A program made the position numbers and the translations under genes. The notes below the pieces were generated by a model that was not told the origin of the DNA, made no database searches, and worked only from the letters and a program-made list of their open reading frames with translations. This document shows, one piece after another, positions 52,878-62,311 of a stretch of DNA of 64,000 bases. The number at the start of each line of letters is the position of its first letter. Positions within the stretch are counted from its first letter, which is position 1. The stretch lies in the NCBI GenBank assembly GCA_016181405.1, contig JACOZJ010000003.1, positions 176,126-240,125 on the forward strand, in the 5' to 3' direction. This stretch comes from Candidatus Wildermuthbacteria bacterium. GTDB taxonomy: Bacteria > Patescibacteriota > Minisyncoccia > Minisyncoccales > UBA10102.

Positions 52878-53573
52878 CTATCTTTGCATTTTATTGCGCA
52901 GGTCTCTCAAGATTTCAGCTGCCTGATCCTTCCCTCCCAAACCAAAGGCAATGGCAACTGCCAAAGCAATTCCATATCCAATACCCTGTACAAATGTCTG
53001 AATAAGAACCTGCACCGGAAGCACGGCAATATCGAGCTGGAGCAGAGCGGAGAAAAGCGCGAAAATCCAGATAAACCATTTCACTACCGAACCGATAAAC
53101 TGGCCATGTCCTATCTTAGCTCCCTCCACTGAAGCCCTTACTACTTTCTCCACAATGTCCGCCACAATGATTGCCACGACAAGGATTAAAGCCGCCACAA
53201 TCACGTTTGGCAAATAGGCCAACACGTCGCGCAGGAATCCGGCAAACTGCTCAAAACCAAGAATTTCTACCGCAGCAAGCAGAAAGACAATAACAAGCAC
53301 CCACTTGAAAATCGCTCCGATAAAGCCAGCAGGATCAACCTTCAAATCCGCTTTTGCCAACGCTTCTTTCCAGTTGCCGCGCTCAAACACTTGGTTAAAT
53401 TTAATGCGCGTTAAAAGATCTGCCACAAGCCTACCTACCCCCACAGCAATAAACCAGCCGACCAGCAAAACGAGAATAGCAAAAATCAAAAGAGGCACGA
53501 ATGAAACCACTCCTGACAACAAATCACGAAACGCATCGCTTAACGCACTACTTGTAATTTGTACCAAATTCAT
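52878..53573 (-). CDS. Conserved TM-helix repeat protein (MscS N-terminal/CmpX-like)
   Basis: Repeated P....A..IL..G helices; A.AIAFGLGGKD.A. Confidence 0.85.
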   Translation of the reverse strand: MNLVQITSSALSDAFRDLLSGVVSFVPLLIFAILVLLVGWFIAVGVGRLVADLLTRIKFNQVFERGNWKEALAKADLKVDPAGFIGAIFKWVLVIVFLLAAVEILGFEQFAGFLRDVLAYLPNVIVAALILVVAIIVADIVEKVVRASVEGAKIGHGQFIGSVVKWFIWIFALFSALLQLDIAVLPVQVLIQTFVQGIGYGIALAVAIAFGLGGKDQAAEILRDLRNKMQR

Positions 53574-53685
53574 AAGTATAAACGTATGCTTTAAAATTCG
53601 ACCTTTCCCTTTATCTTATCTACTTTTATAATACCACTGCCTGAAAGTCAGCAAAACACCCCCTGTGGAAAACTTTAGGGTCTCT

Positions 53686-54039
53686 TTATGAAGTCTTATG
53701 CTCCGCACTAATCTGCCAATTGGCGGGTCCAGTGCGGGATCTGCGTATTAAAAGCGCCTTTCCTAAAATAATCTCACGAGGTATCCAGCCAAAACTTCTG
53801 CTGTCTGAACTTCCCTCTTTATTCAAGCCTTCTACCCAATACCAAGAATGGTATTCGTCAGTTTTTTCTTTGGTAATGTATTTCAGTATCAAGCGATCTT
53901 CCTGCGGATGGCGCAGCACCACCATATCCCCTACTTTTGGCCGAAACACAAAGTAGGACAACCGATCGAGTAGAACAAAATCCCCCTCTTTGCATAAGGG
54001 CTCCATGCTCCGCCCTTTTACCCTAAAATACGCAAACAT
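53686..54039 (-). CDS. sodX: Nickel SOD maturation protease (S26-like)
   Basis: V.G.SMEP...GD, HP....LILK, G.N...S.DSRSFG; downstream of sodN. Confidence 0.85.
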   Translation of the reverse strand: MFAYFRVKGRSMEPLCKEGDFVLLDRLSYFVFRPKVGDMVVLRHPQEDRLILKYITKEKTDEYHSWYWVEGLNKEGSSDSRSFGWIPREIILGKALLIRRSRTGPANWQISAEHKTS

Positions 54040-54079
54040 TTTTTTGAGGCCTCCTTTTCGAAAGGTAAGGCTCACCAAA

Positions 54080-54520
54080 CTACTGCTGCGCGGCCGCCTT
54101 CTGGAACATCTGAGCAATTTCCTCTACCGCCCGTATAAGTTCTTGCGCGGCTTCCCTACTTACTTCCTGCTTGTTCTTGGAACACAACTTTGCTGCCTTC
54201 CAGAACGTCTCATGCAGTGTTGGAAACATCTCTAAGTGTTGTGGTTTAAAATAATCTGTCCATAGGACAAGAAGCTCTTTTTTGCAAATTTGCGCGTGTT
54301 CTTCTTTCACCTGCACCATACGGACAAAAGAGTTTCTTGTGTTCAAAGTTGGGGGCATGTCTTGTGGAAGAGCCTCGATTTTCTCAACCATCTTTGCCAC
54401 AGTATGCGCAGCCGTGAGAGCGGGTTCCGGCGTGTAAATCCCACAGGGAATGTCGCAATGCGCATACAGCTCTCTTGCAGGATGAATCTTGTGAATAAGC
54501 GCGAAAAGTTTGTACAACAT
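54080..54520 (-). CDS. sodN: Nickel superoxide dismutase
   Basis: Leader followed by Ni-hook AHCDIPCGIY, KEEHA, LWTDYFK. Confidence 0.95.
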   Translation of the reverse strand: MLYKLFALIHKIHPARELYAHCDIPCGIYTPEPALTAAHTVAKMVEKIEALPQDMPPTLNTRNSFVRMVQVKEEHAQICKKELLVLWTDYFKPQHLEMFPTLHETFWKAAKLCSKNKQEVSREAAQELIRAVEEIAQMFQKAAAQQ

Positions 54521-54618
54521 ATTGTTGTAGTATACCCCTATAATATCCGTGAAGCAATAAGGTATTCGTCCTAGAAAATACCTCTAATCCTCCGGCATTG
54601 CCATTACCAGTGAGTTAA

Positions 54619-55362
54619 ATGGCGTGCTATTATAGAGTTGACATGACCAAGAAACAAACGGTTATCTACCAGACGCGCCTACACCTTGTACTGACGATTC
54701 TTCTTATCACCATCCCTTTTGTCTTTTTGCTCTTTTTTGCCTGGATTGCCAATATACCCACAGCCAAACTCTTCTCCGCAGTTTTTATATCGTTTGTAAG
54801 GCTACTTGCAGCCTATACCATAGCAGTAGTGCTTGCCTGGATGCTGGCAGTAGGTTTCTACCAGGGCAAGCGGGCGGCAATCGCTTTGCCGATTTTTGAT
54901 GTTTTACAAAGTTTCCCTACGTTCGCTATATTGCCGCTCGCAGCCTATATTTGGGGACCGTCAAACATCACAGTTATTTTCTTTTTAATCATTACCGTAA
55001 TCTGGCCGATACTTTTTTCAATCATAAGCTCACTAAAGCTAGCCAAGAAAGATTGGGAAGAAGCGGCACAGATTATGGGGCTTAGGGGTAAAACTTATCT
55101 CCGTAATTTTCTATTGCCGCTAAGCATACCCGGGCTCGTTACCGGTTCTATCATAGGCTTAGGTGAAGGATGGGAAGCGCTCGTGGCCACAGAAATTATT
55201 GCGGGTAATCCCGACGGCTTAGGAAGTTTCTTTAAAGCGCATTCTCAAAACGTTATGATTACGTCCTTAGGAGTGTTTGGCCTGCTTCTATTGATATTTA
55301 TTATCAACAAACTTCTATGGCTCCCGCTTCTTGAACGAACCCATAATAACATGGAAGAATAA
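54619..55362 (+). CDS. ABC transporter permease (NitT/TauT-like)
   Basis: FDVLQS.P, EAA..MG loop, W..LV.TE. Confidence 0.85.
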   Translation: MACYYRVDMTKKQTVIYQTRLHLVLTILLITIPFVFLLFFAWIANIPTAKLFSAVFISFVRLLAAYTIAVVLAWMLAVGFYQGKRAAIALPIFDVLQSFPTFAILPLAAYIWGPSNITVIFFLIITVIWPILFSIISSLKLAKKDWEEAAQIMGLRGKTYLRNFLLPLSIPGLVTGSIIGLGEGWEALVATEIIAGNPDGLGSFFKAHSQNVMITSLGVFGLLLLIFIINKLLWLPLLERTHNNMEE

Positions 55363-55366
55363 CGAC

Positions 55367-56110
55367 ATGAATAAAGTCGCATTATCGCTTTCTCACGTTA
55401 ATAAAGTATTCAAAACGGACGGCCAAAAAACAGTTTCGGTGATCCACGATGTAAGTCTCGATATTTTAAGCGGTGAAATATTCGTTTTCGTTGGCCCGTC
55501 AGGTTCCGGCAAATCTACTTTACTGCGTATTATGAGCGGCATTGAAAAGTCATTTACGGGAGAGGTCAAACGTTCAAAAGACGTAAGCCCGCATGACATG
55601 AGTTTTGTGTTTCAACAGTTCGCCATTATGCCGTGGTTAACGGTTTTTGAAAATGTTGAGCTGGCCCTTATAGCCCGGGGTGTTAAACAAGGAGAGAGAG
55701 GACATACGGTTATGAGAGAGCTTAAGCAACTGGGATTAGAGAAGTCCAAAGATTCTTACCCGAGAGATTTATCGGGCGGCATGCGCCAGCGGGTTGGGAT
55801 AGCAAGAGCGCTTGTCACGAACCCTAAAATTATTTTTATGGATGAGCCATTTTCTGAGCTCGATTCATTTACCGCAGCGTCTTTAAGAAAAGAACTTTTA
55901 GATATATGGCAGGAACGCCGACCTACAATTGTAATGGTCACTCACGTGGTTGAAGAAGCGCTTGAATTAGCCGACAAGATCGCGGTGCTTACTCCTCGTC
56001 CAGCGCGCGTTGAAAAAGTTGTAGTAGATAATCTGCCAAGGCCGAGGGACACGCGCTCAAAAAATTTCTATCAATTAGAAGACGAACTCTACCAACTTAT
56101 TAAACCCTAA
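55367..56110 (+). CDS. ABC transporter ATP-binding protein (NitT/TauT-like)
   Basis: GPSGSGKS, LSGGMRQR, MDEPFSELD, VTH. Confidence 0.93.
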   Translation: MNKVALSLSHVNKVFKTDGQKTVSVIHDVSLDILSGEIFVFVGPSGSGKSTLLRIMSGIEKSFTGEVKRSKDVSPHDMSFVFQQFAIMPWLTVFENVELALIARGVKQGERGHTVMRELKQLGLEKSKDSYPRDLSGGMRQRVGIARALVTNPKIIFMDEPFSELDSFTAASLRKELLDIWQERRPTIVMVTHVVEEALELADKIAVLTPRPARVEKVVVDNLPRPRDTRSKNFYQLEDELYQLIKP

Positions 56111-56164
56111 AACGAACATACCAAAAACGACCGCCTCTCTGCTGCATCCGACCCGTATGTATGT

Positions 56165-56347
56165 TTAGACGGCTGACTCTTTACCCGATTCATCTCCTTC
56201 TTGTTCTTTCACCTCGCTATGCATGCCGTCTTCGCAATGACATTCCTTTAAAGGCGTCCCATAATCGGGGCACCCTCCTGTGTGGCAAGCTCCCGGAGTT
56301 TCAGAAACTCCCCCGCATCCGCCTGTGCATATATAATGTGTTCCCAT
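56165..56347 (-). CDS. Small Cys/His-rich metal-binding protein
   Basis: HYICTGGC..G.C...GC......C.C.DG.H. Confidence 0.7.
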   Translation of the reverse strand: MGTHYICTGGCGGVSETPGACHTGGCPDYGTPLKECHCEDGMHSEVKEQEGDESGKESAV

Positions 56348-56467
56348 ATATTGTTATTTGATACGTTTTCTTTTTTTCGACTTTAATTTATTGTACTATA
56401 CCCTGCCAAAAACAAAAACGGGATGGATGCGATTCGTTCGTTGGCGAATGCAACACCCATCCCCTTT

Positions 56468-56638
56468 CTACTCAAATTTGTCTATTTCGGGGCGAGCAAA
56501 CCCCACATAGTATGTGCCTTGATAACAACACCCTTCGCGAGTGCATGTCATGACAAAGAGGTTGCTATCACTTGGACCTCCGCGGTACTCCATGGACGCG
56601 CCGCACTGCGGGCACTTTATTCCGGGAATTTCTGGCAT
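56468..56638 (-). CDS. Small zinc-ribbon protein
   Basis: MPEIPGIKCPQCG...CTREGC, AAGGG upstream. Confidence 0.5.
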   Translation of the reverse strand: MPEIPGIKCPQCGASMEYRGGPSDSNLFVMTCTREGCCYQGTYYVGFARPEIDKFE

Positions 56639-56688
56639 TGTCTTTCCCTTCGTCCGCCGTCCTCTGGCTAAACCGTTGTTTTCGAAAC

Positions 56689-56898
56689 TCACATTTTCTT
56701 CAGACGCCGGACGCCCCAAATGGTAACGAGGATGTTGAGTGCGAAAACCAAAAAAACGGCAACAAGGATTATCGGGCGCGCTTGTTCTTTGCGAAGAAGG
56801 CCCATCATCGCCATGATGAAAACCGAACCAAAGAACCAGATGGCCACGAGTTTCAACCCGATTTCTCGTCTTGCTGCATTCTTTTCCGGCTCAGTCAT
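56689..56898 (-). CDS. Small two-TM accessory protein
   Basis: GGAGGAG SD, two hydrophobic helices. Confidence 0.6.
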   Translation of the reverse strand: MTEPEKNAARREIGLKLVAIWFFGSVFIMAMMGLLRKEQARPIILVAVFLVFALNILVTIWGVRRLKKM

Positions 56899-56943
56899 CT
56901 GACTCCTCCCTAATTCAGCCAGATCTCGTCTAGCTGTTCTACC

Positions 56944-56982
56944 GCTACCTTATTGAAAACGCTCCAAAAAGTCAAACAAAAA
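56944..56982 (-). repeat. 39-bp promoter-containing direct repeat, copy downstream of purM
   Basis: 38/39 identical to 58264-58302; TTGACT-N17-TAAGGT. Confidence 0.9.
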
Positions 56983-56985
56983 AAG

Positions 56986-57010
56986 GAGCTCCAGTCTATG
57001 ACTGGAGCTC
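56986..57010 (-). terminator. purM terminator
   Basis: GAGCTCCAGTC-tat-GACTGGAGCTC followed by a T run on the minus strand. Confidence 0.8.
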
Positions 57011-57047
57011 GTGGAAAGAACCATTGAAGAAGCTTGCGCCCCTTCGG

Positions 57048-58205
57048 CTACCGAATGTTGAGCGTAGCCTCCGAGTATTCGATACCCTTCGGCACTATGA
57101 CAACTTTCCGCGTGTCGCTTTGCTCGATGCGTCCTGCCCATACAGCACCAAAGCGATTGGGATACTCATAACGCTCAAGCACATCCCAAACCGTGCGCAC
57201 ATCATCTTGCGACACGTAGAGAGCGAAGCCAGCTCCCATGTTGAAGTTACCATACGCCTCCCGGTCATCCACTGGACCGTGCTTCTGCAGAAAGTCGAAG
57301 ATCGGGAGTTGCGTAGGCAAGTTCTCAATGATGTAGGCAAACGGCTGCTTCGCTCGCATAAGCTTGCGCCAGCCGTGTCCCGTGATGTTCACCACGTAGT
57401 GGATATCTGCACCGCGATTGAGACAATCCTCAACCACTGGAACGTAGATGGGCGTTGGATCAAGCAGTGTCTCGCCATATGTTCGCCCATCGTCGAGCCG
57501 TGTGAGATAGCCATCAGGCAACTTGTCGGCGATCTTCCGAGCCATTGTCAGCCCATTTGCATGAATACCGGAACTCTCAATGAGGATGATCACATCACCG
57601 TGCCGAATCTTGTCTGCCGCAATGAGTCGCTCTTTCGGCTTCACAAGACCCATCGCGGAGCCGGAAAGCACTACTGCTCCAGGTACGATAACGTCTTTGA
57701 GTGTGGGCGTCTCACCACCACCCCAGACGCACCGCGCGAGATTGCAGGCCTTCTTCCAGCCCTCGACGAGATCACGGCACCGTTGGTCATCGCTAAACCA
57801 ATTTGAGTCGCCAACGGCGAGGTGCATGGCCACTGAAAGCGGCAACGCGCCAAGCGTAATCATGTCGTTCACGATCATCGCCACAGTATCTTGCGCGATT
57901 TGACCGTAGTACGATCTCGTGCCAGTAAGCTCAACTGCGGCAGCAATTCGCAGAAGTTCGCGAAATGCATCAGCGACTAGGTTCTTTGTGCCCAAACCTT
58001 CTTCGACGTGGCCGAGATATGCATCTCCGATATCGATGAGATAACAGCTTTCACCGCGGCTCGATTCCACTTCAGAAAATCCAAAGCGGGCTAGATTGGC
58101 TGCAGTTTCGCGCCCCGCGATTTGCGCCATGCGTTTGAATGGATCCATCGCGTCGTAGTCGACGCCAACTCCCCGATAGGTCATCCCTTGGTTATCCTGT
58201 GACAT
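57048..58205 (-). CDS. purM: AIR synthase (phosphoribosylformylglycinamidine cyclo-ligase)
   Basis: TY...GVD, EGLGTK, VAM.VND, GGET, SSGIH.NG, NITG.G, FNMG.G. Confidence 0.92.
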   Translation of the reverse strand: MSQDNQGMTYRGVGVDYDAMDPFKRMAQIAGRETAANLARFGFSEVESSRGESCYLIDIGDAYLGHVEEGLGTKNLVADAFRELLRIAAAVELTGTRSYYGQIAQDTVAMIVNDMITLGALPLSVAMHLAVGDSNWFSDDQRCRDLVEGWKKACNLARCVWGGGETPTLKDVIVPGAVVLSGSAMGLVKPKERLIAADKIRHGDVIILIESSGIHANGLTMARKIADKLPDGYLTRLDDGRTYGETLLDPTPIYVPVVEDCLNRGADIHYVVNITGHGWRKLMRAKQPFAYIIENLPTQLPIFDFLQKHGPVDDREAYGNFNMGAGFALYVSQDDVRTVWDVLERYEYPNRFGAVWAGRIEQSDTRKVVIVPKGIEYSEATLNIR

Positions 58206-58263
58206 TCCCGCTCCTTCCTCGTTGCAGACTTACTCGCTAAACGGAATTCCTCAACCTTCTAAA

Positions 58264-58302
58264 GCTACCCTATTGAAAACGCTCCAAAAAGTCAAACAAA
58301 AA
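58264..58302 (-). repeat. 39-bp promoter-containing direct repeat, copy upstream of purM
   Basis: TTGACT-N17-TAGGGT; matches 56944-56982. Confidence 0.9.
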
Positions 58303-58345
58303 GAAAAACCAAAAACCCGAAGGGATATTCGGGTTTTTTGATGTT

Positions 58346-60157
58346 TTAGACCAAATCGGAGCGTTTTGCTTTGGCGCGATCAAGTTTTGTGAGGTATTGC
58401 TTTCGAAGGCGCACGCTTTTGGGAGTAATTTCAAGATACTCGTCATCTCCCATAATTTCCAACCCGTCTTCTATAGTTAAAAGTTTCGGGGGAGTGAGCA
58501 AGATATTTTCGTCGGAAGCCGCGGCCCGCATGTTGGTAAGGTGTTTTCCTTTTGTGGGGTTTACCGCCATCTCAACCCCTTTTGAAGTGTTCCCAACTAC
58601 CATGCCTTCATATACCTGCATGCCGGGCGCAATATACAACACTCCCCGATCCTGGAGATTATACAAAGAGTACCCAAGCGCTTTTCCTGTAGCAATAGAA
58701 GCCATAGACCCAACTTGCCGTTTTGAGATTTCCCCAGCGTACGGCTCAAATCCAACCACTCTGCTGGCAAATATTCCCTCCCCTCTTGTATCAACAATAA
58801 ATTGCCCGCGATATCCCAAAATTCCCCGTGTCGGCCCCTTCAAAAGCATGCGCACCGTAGTCCCATGCTGCTTGATATCAAGCAGCCGAGCTCCACGCTG
58901 GCTCAATTTTTCAATAACAACTCCCTGGAATTCCACCGGAACATCAATAGTTATTTCTTCGAATGGCTCTGTTTTTACGCCGTTTATTTCCTTGATGATT
59001 ACATGGGGCTGGGAAACCTGAAGCTCATGCCCTTCCCGGCGCATATTTTCCAGTAAAATCGCAATATGCAATTCCCCTCTTCCGTATACTCTGAATTTGT
59101 CTTGCTCTGAAAAATCAATATGCAGCCCTACGTTTACCTCAAGCTCTTTTTCGAGCCGCTCTCGAAGCTGCCTTGAAGTAACGAATTTCCCTTCGCGCCC
59201 TGCAAAAGGCGAATCGTTTACCAAAAAGTTAAGAGCAATGGTCGGCTCATCTATTAAGATGGCAGGAAGTGTTTCCTGGTCCGCAGAAGCGCAAATAGTA
59301 TCGCCAATATAAATATCGGGAATCCCCGCAATCATGACAATATCTCCAGCCGACGCTTCTGTAGCCTCTTCTCTTACCAATCCATTGAACGTAAACAATC
59401 TTGTAATTTTCCCGCTATATGTTTCCTTGTCTTTGTGCTTTATATACACGGTGCTTCCTGTTTTTAAAACTCCTTCGTATATTCTTGCTATTGCAAGGCG
59501 GCCCAGGAAATTATCGTATGCAAGATTAAATGGCTGGGCGCGCAGTGGCATATCTTCTTTCCCGGAAGCCAAAGGAACTTCTTTTAAAACCGTATCGAGC
59601 AGCGGAGATAAATCTTTCGATTCATCTTCTACGTTGTATTTTGCGATTCCTTCGCGGCCAATAGCATACAAAGTGGTAAAGTTGAGCTGATCATCATTTG
59701 CGCCCAAATCCAAAAATAATTCATACACCTGCTCTTTTGCGAGTTCAGGGTTTGCCGCGGGCTTATCTATTTTGTTGAGAACCACAATGGGCTTTAACCC
59801 CAATTCCAAAGACTTTTTCAGCACGAATCTTGTTTGGGGCATAGGGCCTTCTTGCGCATCAACCACCAGCACCACAGAATCAATTGAACGCAACACGCGC
59901 TCCACTTCAGACCCGAAATCGGCGTGCCCCGGCGTGTCTACAATATTGATTTTTGTGGGTACTTGCCCTGAGCTTACCGAAGGGTAAAGGACAGAGGCAT
60001 TTTTTGAATAAATCGTAATACCGCGCTCCTGTTCGAGTGCGTTTGTATCCATGCTCATGCCTTCTTGGAAGGCGCCGGTTTGGCGCAAAATGGCATCGGT
60101 AAGCGTGGTTTTCCCATGGTCCACATGGGCGATAATTGCGATGTTTCGGATTTCCAT
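58346..60157 (-). CDS. typA: Translational GTPase TypA/BipA
   Basis: [37 protein letters not shown]. Confidence 0.97.
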   Translation of the reverse strand: MEIRNIAIIAHVDHGKTTLTDAILRQTGAFQEGMSMDTNALEQERGITIYSKNASVLYPSVSSGQVPTKINIVDTPGHADFGSEVERVLRSIDSVVLVVDAQEGPMPQTRFVLKKSLELGLKPIVVLNKIDKPAANPELAKEQVYELFLDLGANDDQLNFTTLYAIGREGIAKYNVEDESKDLSPLLDTVLKEVPLASGKEDMPLRAQPFNLAYDNFLGRLAIARIYEGVLKTGSTVYIKHKDKETYSGKITRLFTFNGLVREEATEASAGDIVMIAGIPDIYIGDTICASADQETLPAILIDEPTIALNFLVNDSPFAGREGKFVTSRQLRERLEKELEVNVGLHIDFSEQDKFRVYGRGELHIAILLENMRREGHELQVSQPHVIIKEINGVKTEPFEEITIDVPVEFQGVVIEKLSQRGARLLDIKQHGTTVRMLLKGPTRGILGYRGQFIVDTRGEGIFASRVVGFEPYAGEISKRQVGSMASIATGKALGYSLYNLQDRGVLYIAPGMQVYEGMVVGNTSKGVEMAVNPTKGKHLTNMRAAASDENILLTPPKLLTIEDGLEIMGDDEYLEITPKSVRLRKQYLTKLDRAKAKRSDLV

Positions 60158-60283
60158 AAAAAAATCCCGCAGTCCCCTCTTTGCGAGATTCTTTATACTG
60201 TACCAGAAAACTTACTTGGTGTCAAAAAGAAAGAGCCGGACTCCGCAATTGCTTGCAGAGCCCAGCCAGACACAAAGAGCTGA

Positions 60284-60655
60284 TCACGGAAGCTCGAGCC
60301 CCACAACCTCGGCGGGGTCGAGCTTGTCGCCGTTCTTCGGAAAAAGCACAATCATCTCCCCGGAGACGGCAGAACTGAGACGGACTCGCCTGCCGCCCTT
60401 ACTGCCCGCACTGATTTCACTCACCGAGAAGAGCATGAGGCCCGTCGTGTAGTCGAGGGGGTCTTCCTTGACCCACCGCTTCGGGACCGGAGGGAACCCC
60501 TCTCCCTTGGCGCGCCAGACAAACTTGATCCGAATCCTGCCGTCCTCGACGACGATGGTCTTCACCTCGCCCCGAGAAAGGTACCCCCTCCTCTCGTTTT
60601 GGATTTCCGCCTGCCCACCCACGAACCGCTCGAGCATCTCCGTTGTAAGCTCCAT
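60284..60655 (-). CDS. Hypothetical accessory protein
   Basis: AGGAGGAGG SD, GC-rich 123 aa ORF, TTGACT promoter. Confidence 0.65.
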   Translation of the reverse strand: MELTTEMLERFVGGQAEIQNERRGYLSRGEVKTIVVEDGRIRIKFVWRAKGEGFPPVPKRWVKEDPLDYTTGLMLFSVSEISAGSKGGRRVRLSSAVSGEMIVLFPKNGDKLDPAEVVGLELP

Positions 60656-60808
60656 TATTCCTCCTCCTGCAGGGTAAGCAAATTCAACCCCCTGCTGCTG
60701 AATAATGCTCTAGCACACTAAATTATAAAAGTCAAGATTTTGGATTTGACGAAAATAGAGTTTTCTGGTATTAAAATCAATAAGACCAAACGGGGGTAGG
60801 AGGAAGCC

Positions 60809-61378
60809 ATGGGGAAAATCTTTGGATTCCTGATCAGCATCGATACAAAGATTGATAGGGTTATAGCTCCTCTTGTCCGGTTCTGGACAGAGTGGACAGG
60901 GATGTCCAACTTTGCTCTTTCCAAGGTTTTGCTAGGACTCGCAGTCTGCGTGCTAGCACTGCGAGGAATTCTGCTTGCAATCTCTACATCTCCGCTCGAG
61001 GGGGGCATCTACTTTCTGTTGTGTCTATCTCTGCCCGGTTGGCGGCTTCTCCAATTAAAGCAAGCAGAAACAGCAGTAAACCAAGAAAGCGCTTCGGATA
61101 CTCTCTCTGCAAAAGCGCATGCCCTAAGAGAGCAGATGCGTATTGTGCGATCGGTTTTCGTACCTATGTTCCTGTACTTCCTGCTCCTCCTGTTGTCGGA
61201 CTCCATCACGCTGAGAAAGATTTCCAGTTCATTCTTCTTGTTGCTCATCCTCCTGGAGTTATATGTGACATATGAGTACACCCCAAGAGGAGGAAGCAAA
61301 ATCAAAAAGCTGCTCAAGCAGTTGGCAGCACTTCCACGCAGCATCAAGTTCCCAAGGCCAGTTCCTTTTCCAACCTAA
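60809..61378 (+). CDS. Hypothetical four-TM accessory protein
   Basis: AGGAGG SD, TTGACG promoter, terminator 61410-61432. Confidence 0.7.
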   Translation: MGKIFGFLISIDTKIDRVIAPLVRFWTEWTGMSNFALSKVLLGLAVCVLALRGILLAISTSPLEGGIYFLLCLSLPGWRLLQLKQAETAVNQESASDTLSAKAHALREQMRIVRSVFVPMFLYFLLLLLSDSITLRKISSSFFLLLILLELYVTYEYTPRGGSKIKKLLKQLAALPRSIKFPRPVPFPT

Positions 61379-61440
61379 TAGCAGGGTCTCAAGCCCTCGC
61401 CGAAACCAAGCCGCTTCCCTTCGGGAAGCGGTTCTTCTTT

Positions 61441-61557
61441 TTATATTTTACGAGGATCAAAATTGAAATAGAAATCTAAAACCTCAACAACTCCGTTGCG
61501 AGTCCGTTCAATAATCGCCGAAACCACAGGAATATTTATTTCTGGTTTATTTTCCAT
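61441..61557 (-). pseudogene. Internally deleted NUDIX hydrolase remnant (putative)
   Basis: MENKPEINIPVVSAIIERTRNGVVEVLDFYFNFDPRKI: NUDIX-like first strand joined to a C-terminal-like tail, no Nudix box. Confidence 0.45.
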
Positions 61558-61573
61558 AAATTATTTCAAAACT

Positions 61574-62035
61574 TCACAGCTTTACTTCTATCCTCGAATC
61601 AACATAGTTGCCTTTTATCCTGTCATCTCCATTTATCCAAAACTTTTCCGGCACTGCTTTGTATACGCGCCGGGGGTAATTGCCCAAAAACTCTTCTGCC
61701 TTCCTCAAAGTTTTGTTTTTGCGGCCGTAAAGATATGTAAGAGCATGTTCAACCTCTTTGGGGTCGTCTAGCTCGTACGCTTTCGCCTTCACATACACGC
61801 CTTCACCAGTTCCTTCAGGCACGGTAGAGTCATAGATTGCCAAGAAAACGTCACTGGTATTGCGAATATTCTTTGAGTGCTCATTTTCTTTCCACGAAAC
61901 CCAAAAGAAATTAAACTTTTCATCGTACGCAGAATAAACGGGCGAATTCCATGGCTTGCCTTCCTTCGAAACGGTCGCAACCGTAATATAGAGAATTTTT
62001 TCGATTATTGCTTTTGCTTTTTCTTCATTGGTCAT
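61574..62035 (-). CDS. Pyridoxamine 5'-phosphate oxidase-like flavin-binding protein
   Basis: T.ATV...G.PW.SPV, S.....HS.NI, G.Y..A.A. Confidence 0.88.
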   Translation of the reverse strand: MTNEEKAKAIIEKILYITVATVSKEGKPWNSPVYSAYDEKFNFFWVSWKENEHSKNIRNTSDVFLAIYDSTVPEGTGEGVYVKAKAYELDDPKEVEHALTYLYGRKNKTLRKAEEFLGNYPRRVYKAVPEKFWINGDDRIKGNYVDSRIEVKL

Positions 62036-62161
62036 ATTTTCTGTAGATTACTTCAATCTACCGCACCCCCGCGTTCTGTCAACAAAAAAACGCCCCTGAT
62101 GGAAAGAGTTTACCCTGAGCTCCTCGAGTCTGAGCCTCGGAGTCGAAGACTTGTCGAAGGG

Positions 62162-62233
62162 TGGACCCGAGCGGGATCGGACCGCTGATCTCCTCATTGC
62201 AAATGAGGCGTTCTACCACTGAACTACGGGCCC
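62162..62233 (-). tRNA. tRNA-Ala(UGC)
   Basis: GGGCCCG/CGGGTCC stem with G3:U70, CCTCA-TTTGCAA-TGAGG anticodon arm. Confidence 0.95.
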
Positions 62234-62311
62234 TCGTGCTTTGAAATTATACCAAAAAATCGTAAAAATACAAGCTGTTAGAAAGCAAACGCATGTGGTA
62301 TAACTGGTAAA

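Noticed and set aside
52471-53005. 105-aa and 118-aa GC-rich ORFs
   Set aside because: They run through palindromes and terminators and lack SD support; low-complexity Pro/Gly/Arg content.
62170-62186. tRNA-Ala as a pseudogene because the T loop reads TCCGATC rather than TTCGA
   Set aside because: All stems pair and the G3:U70 identity pair is intact; a single loop variant is not enough.
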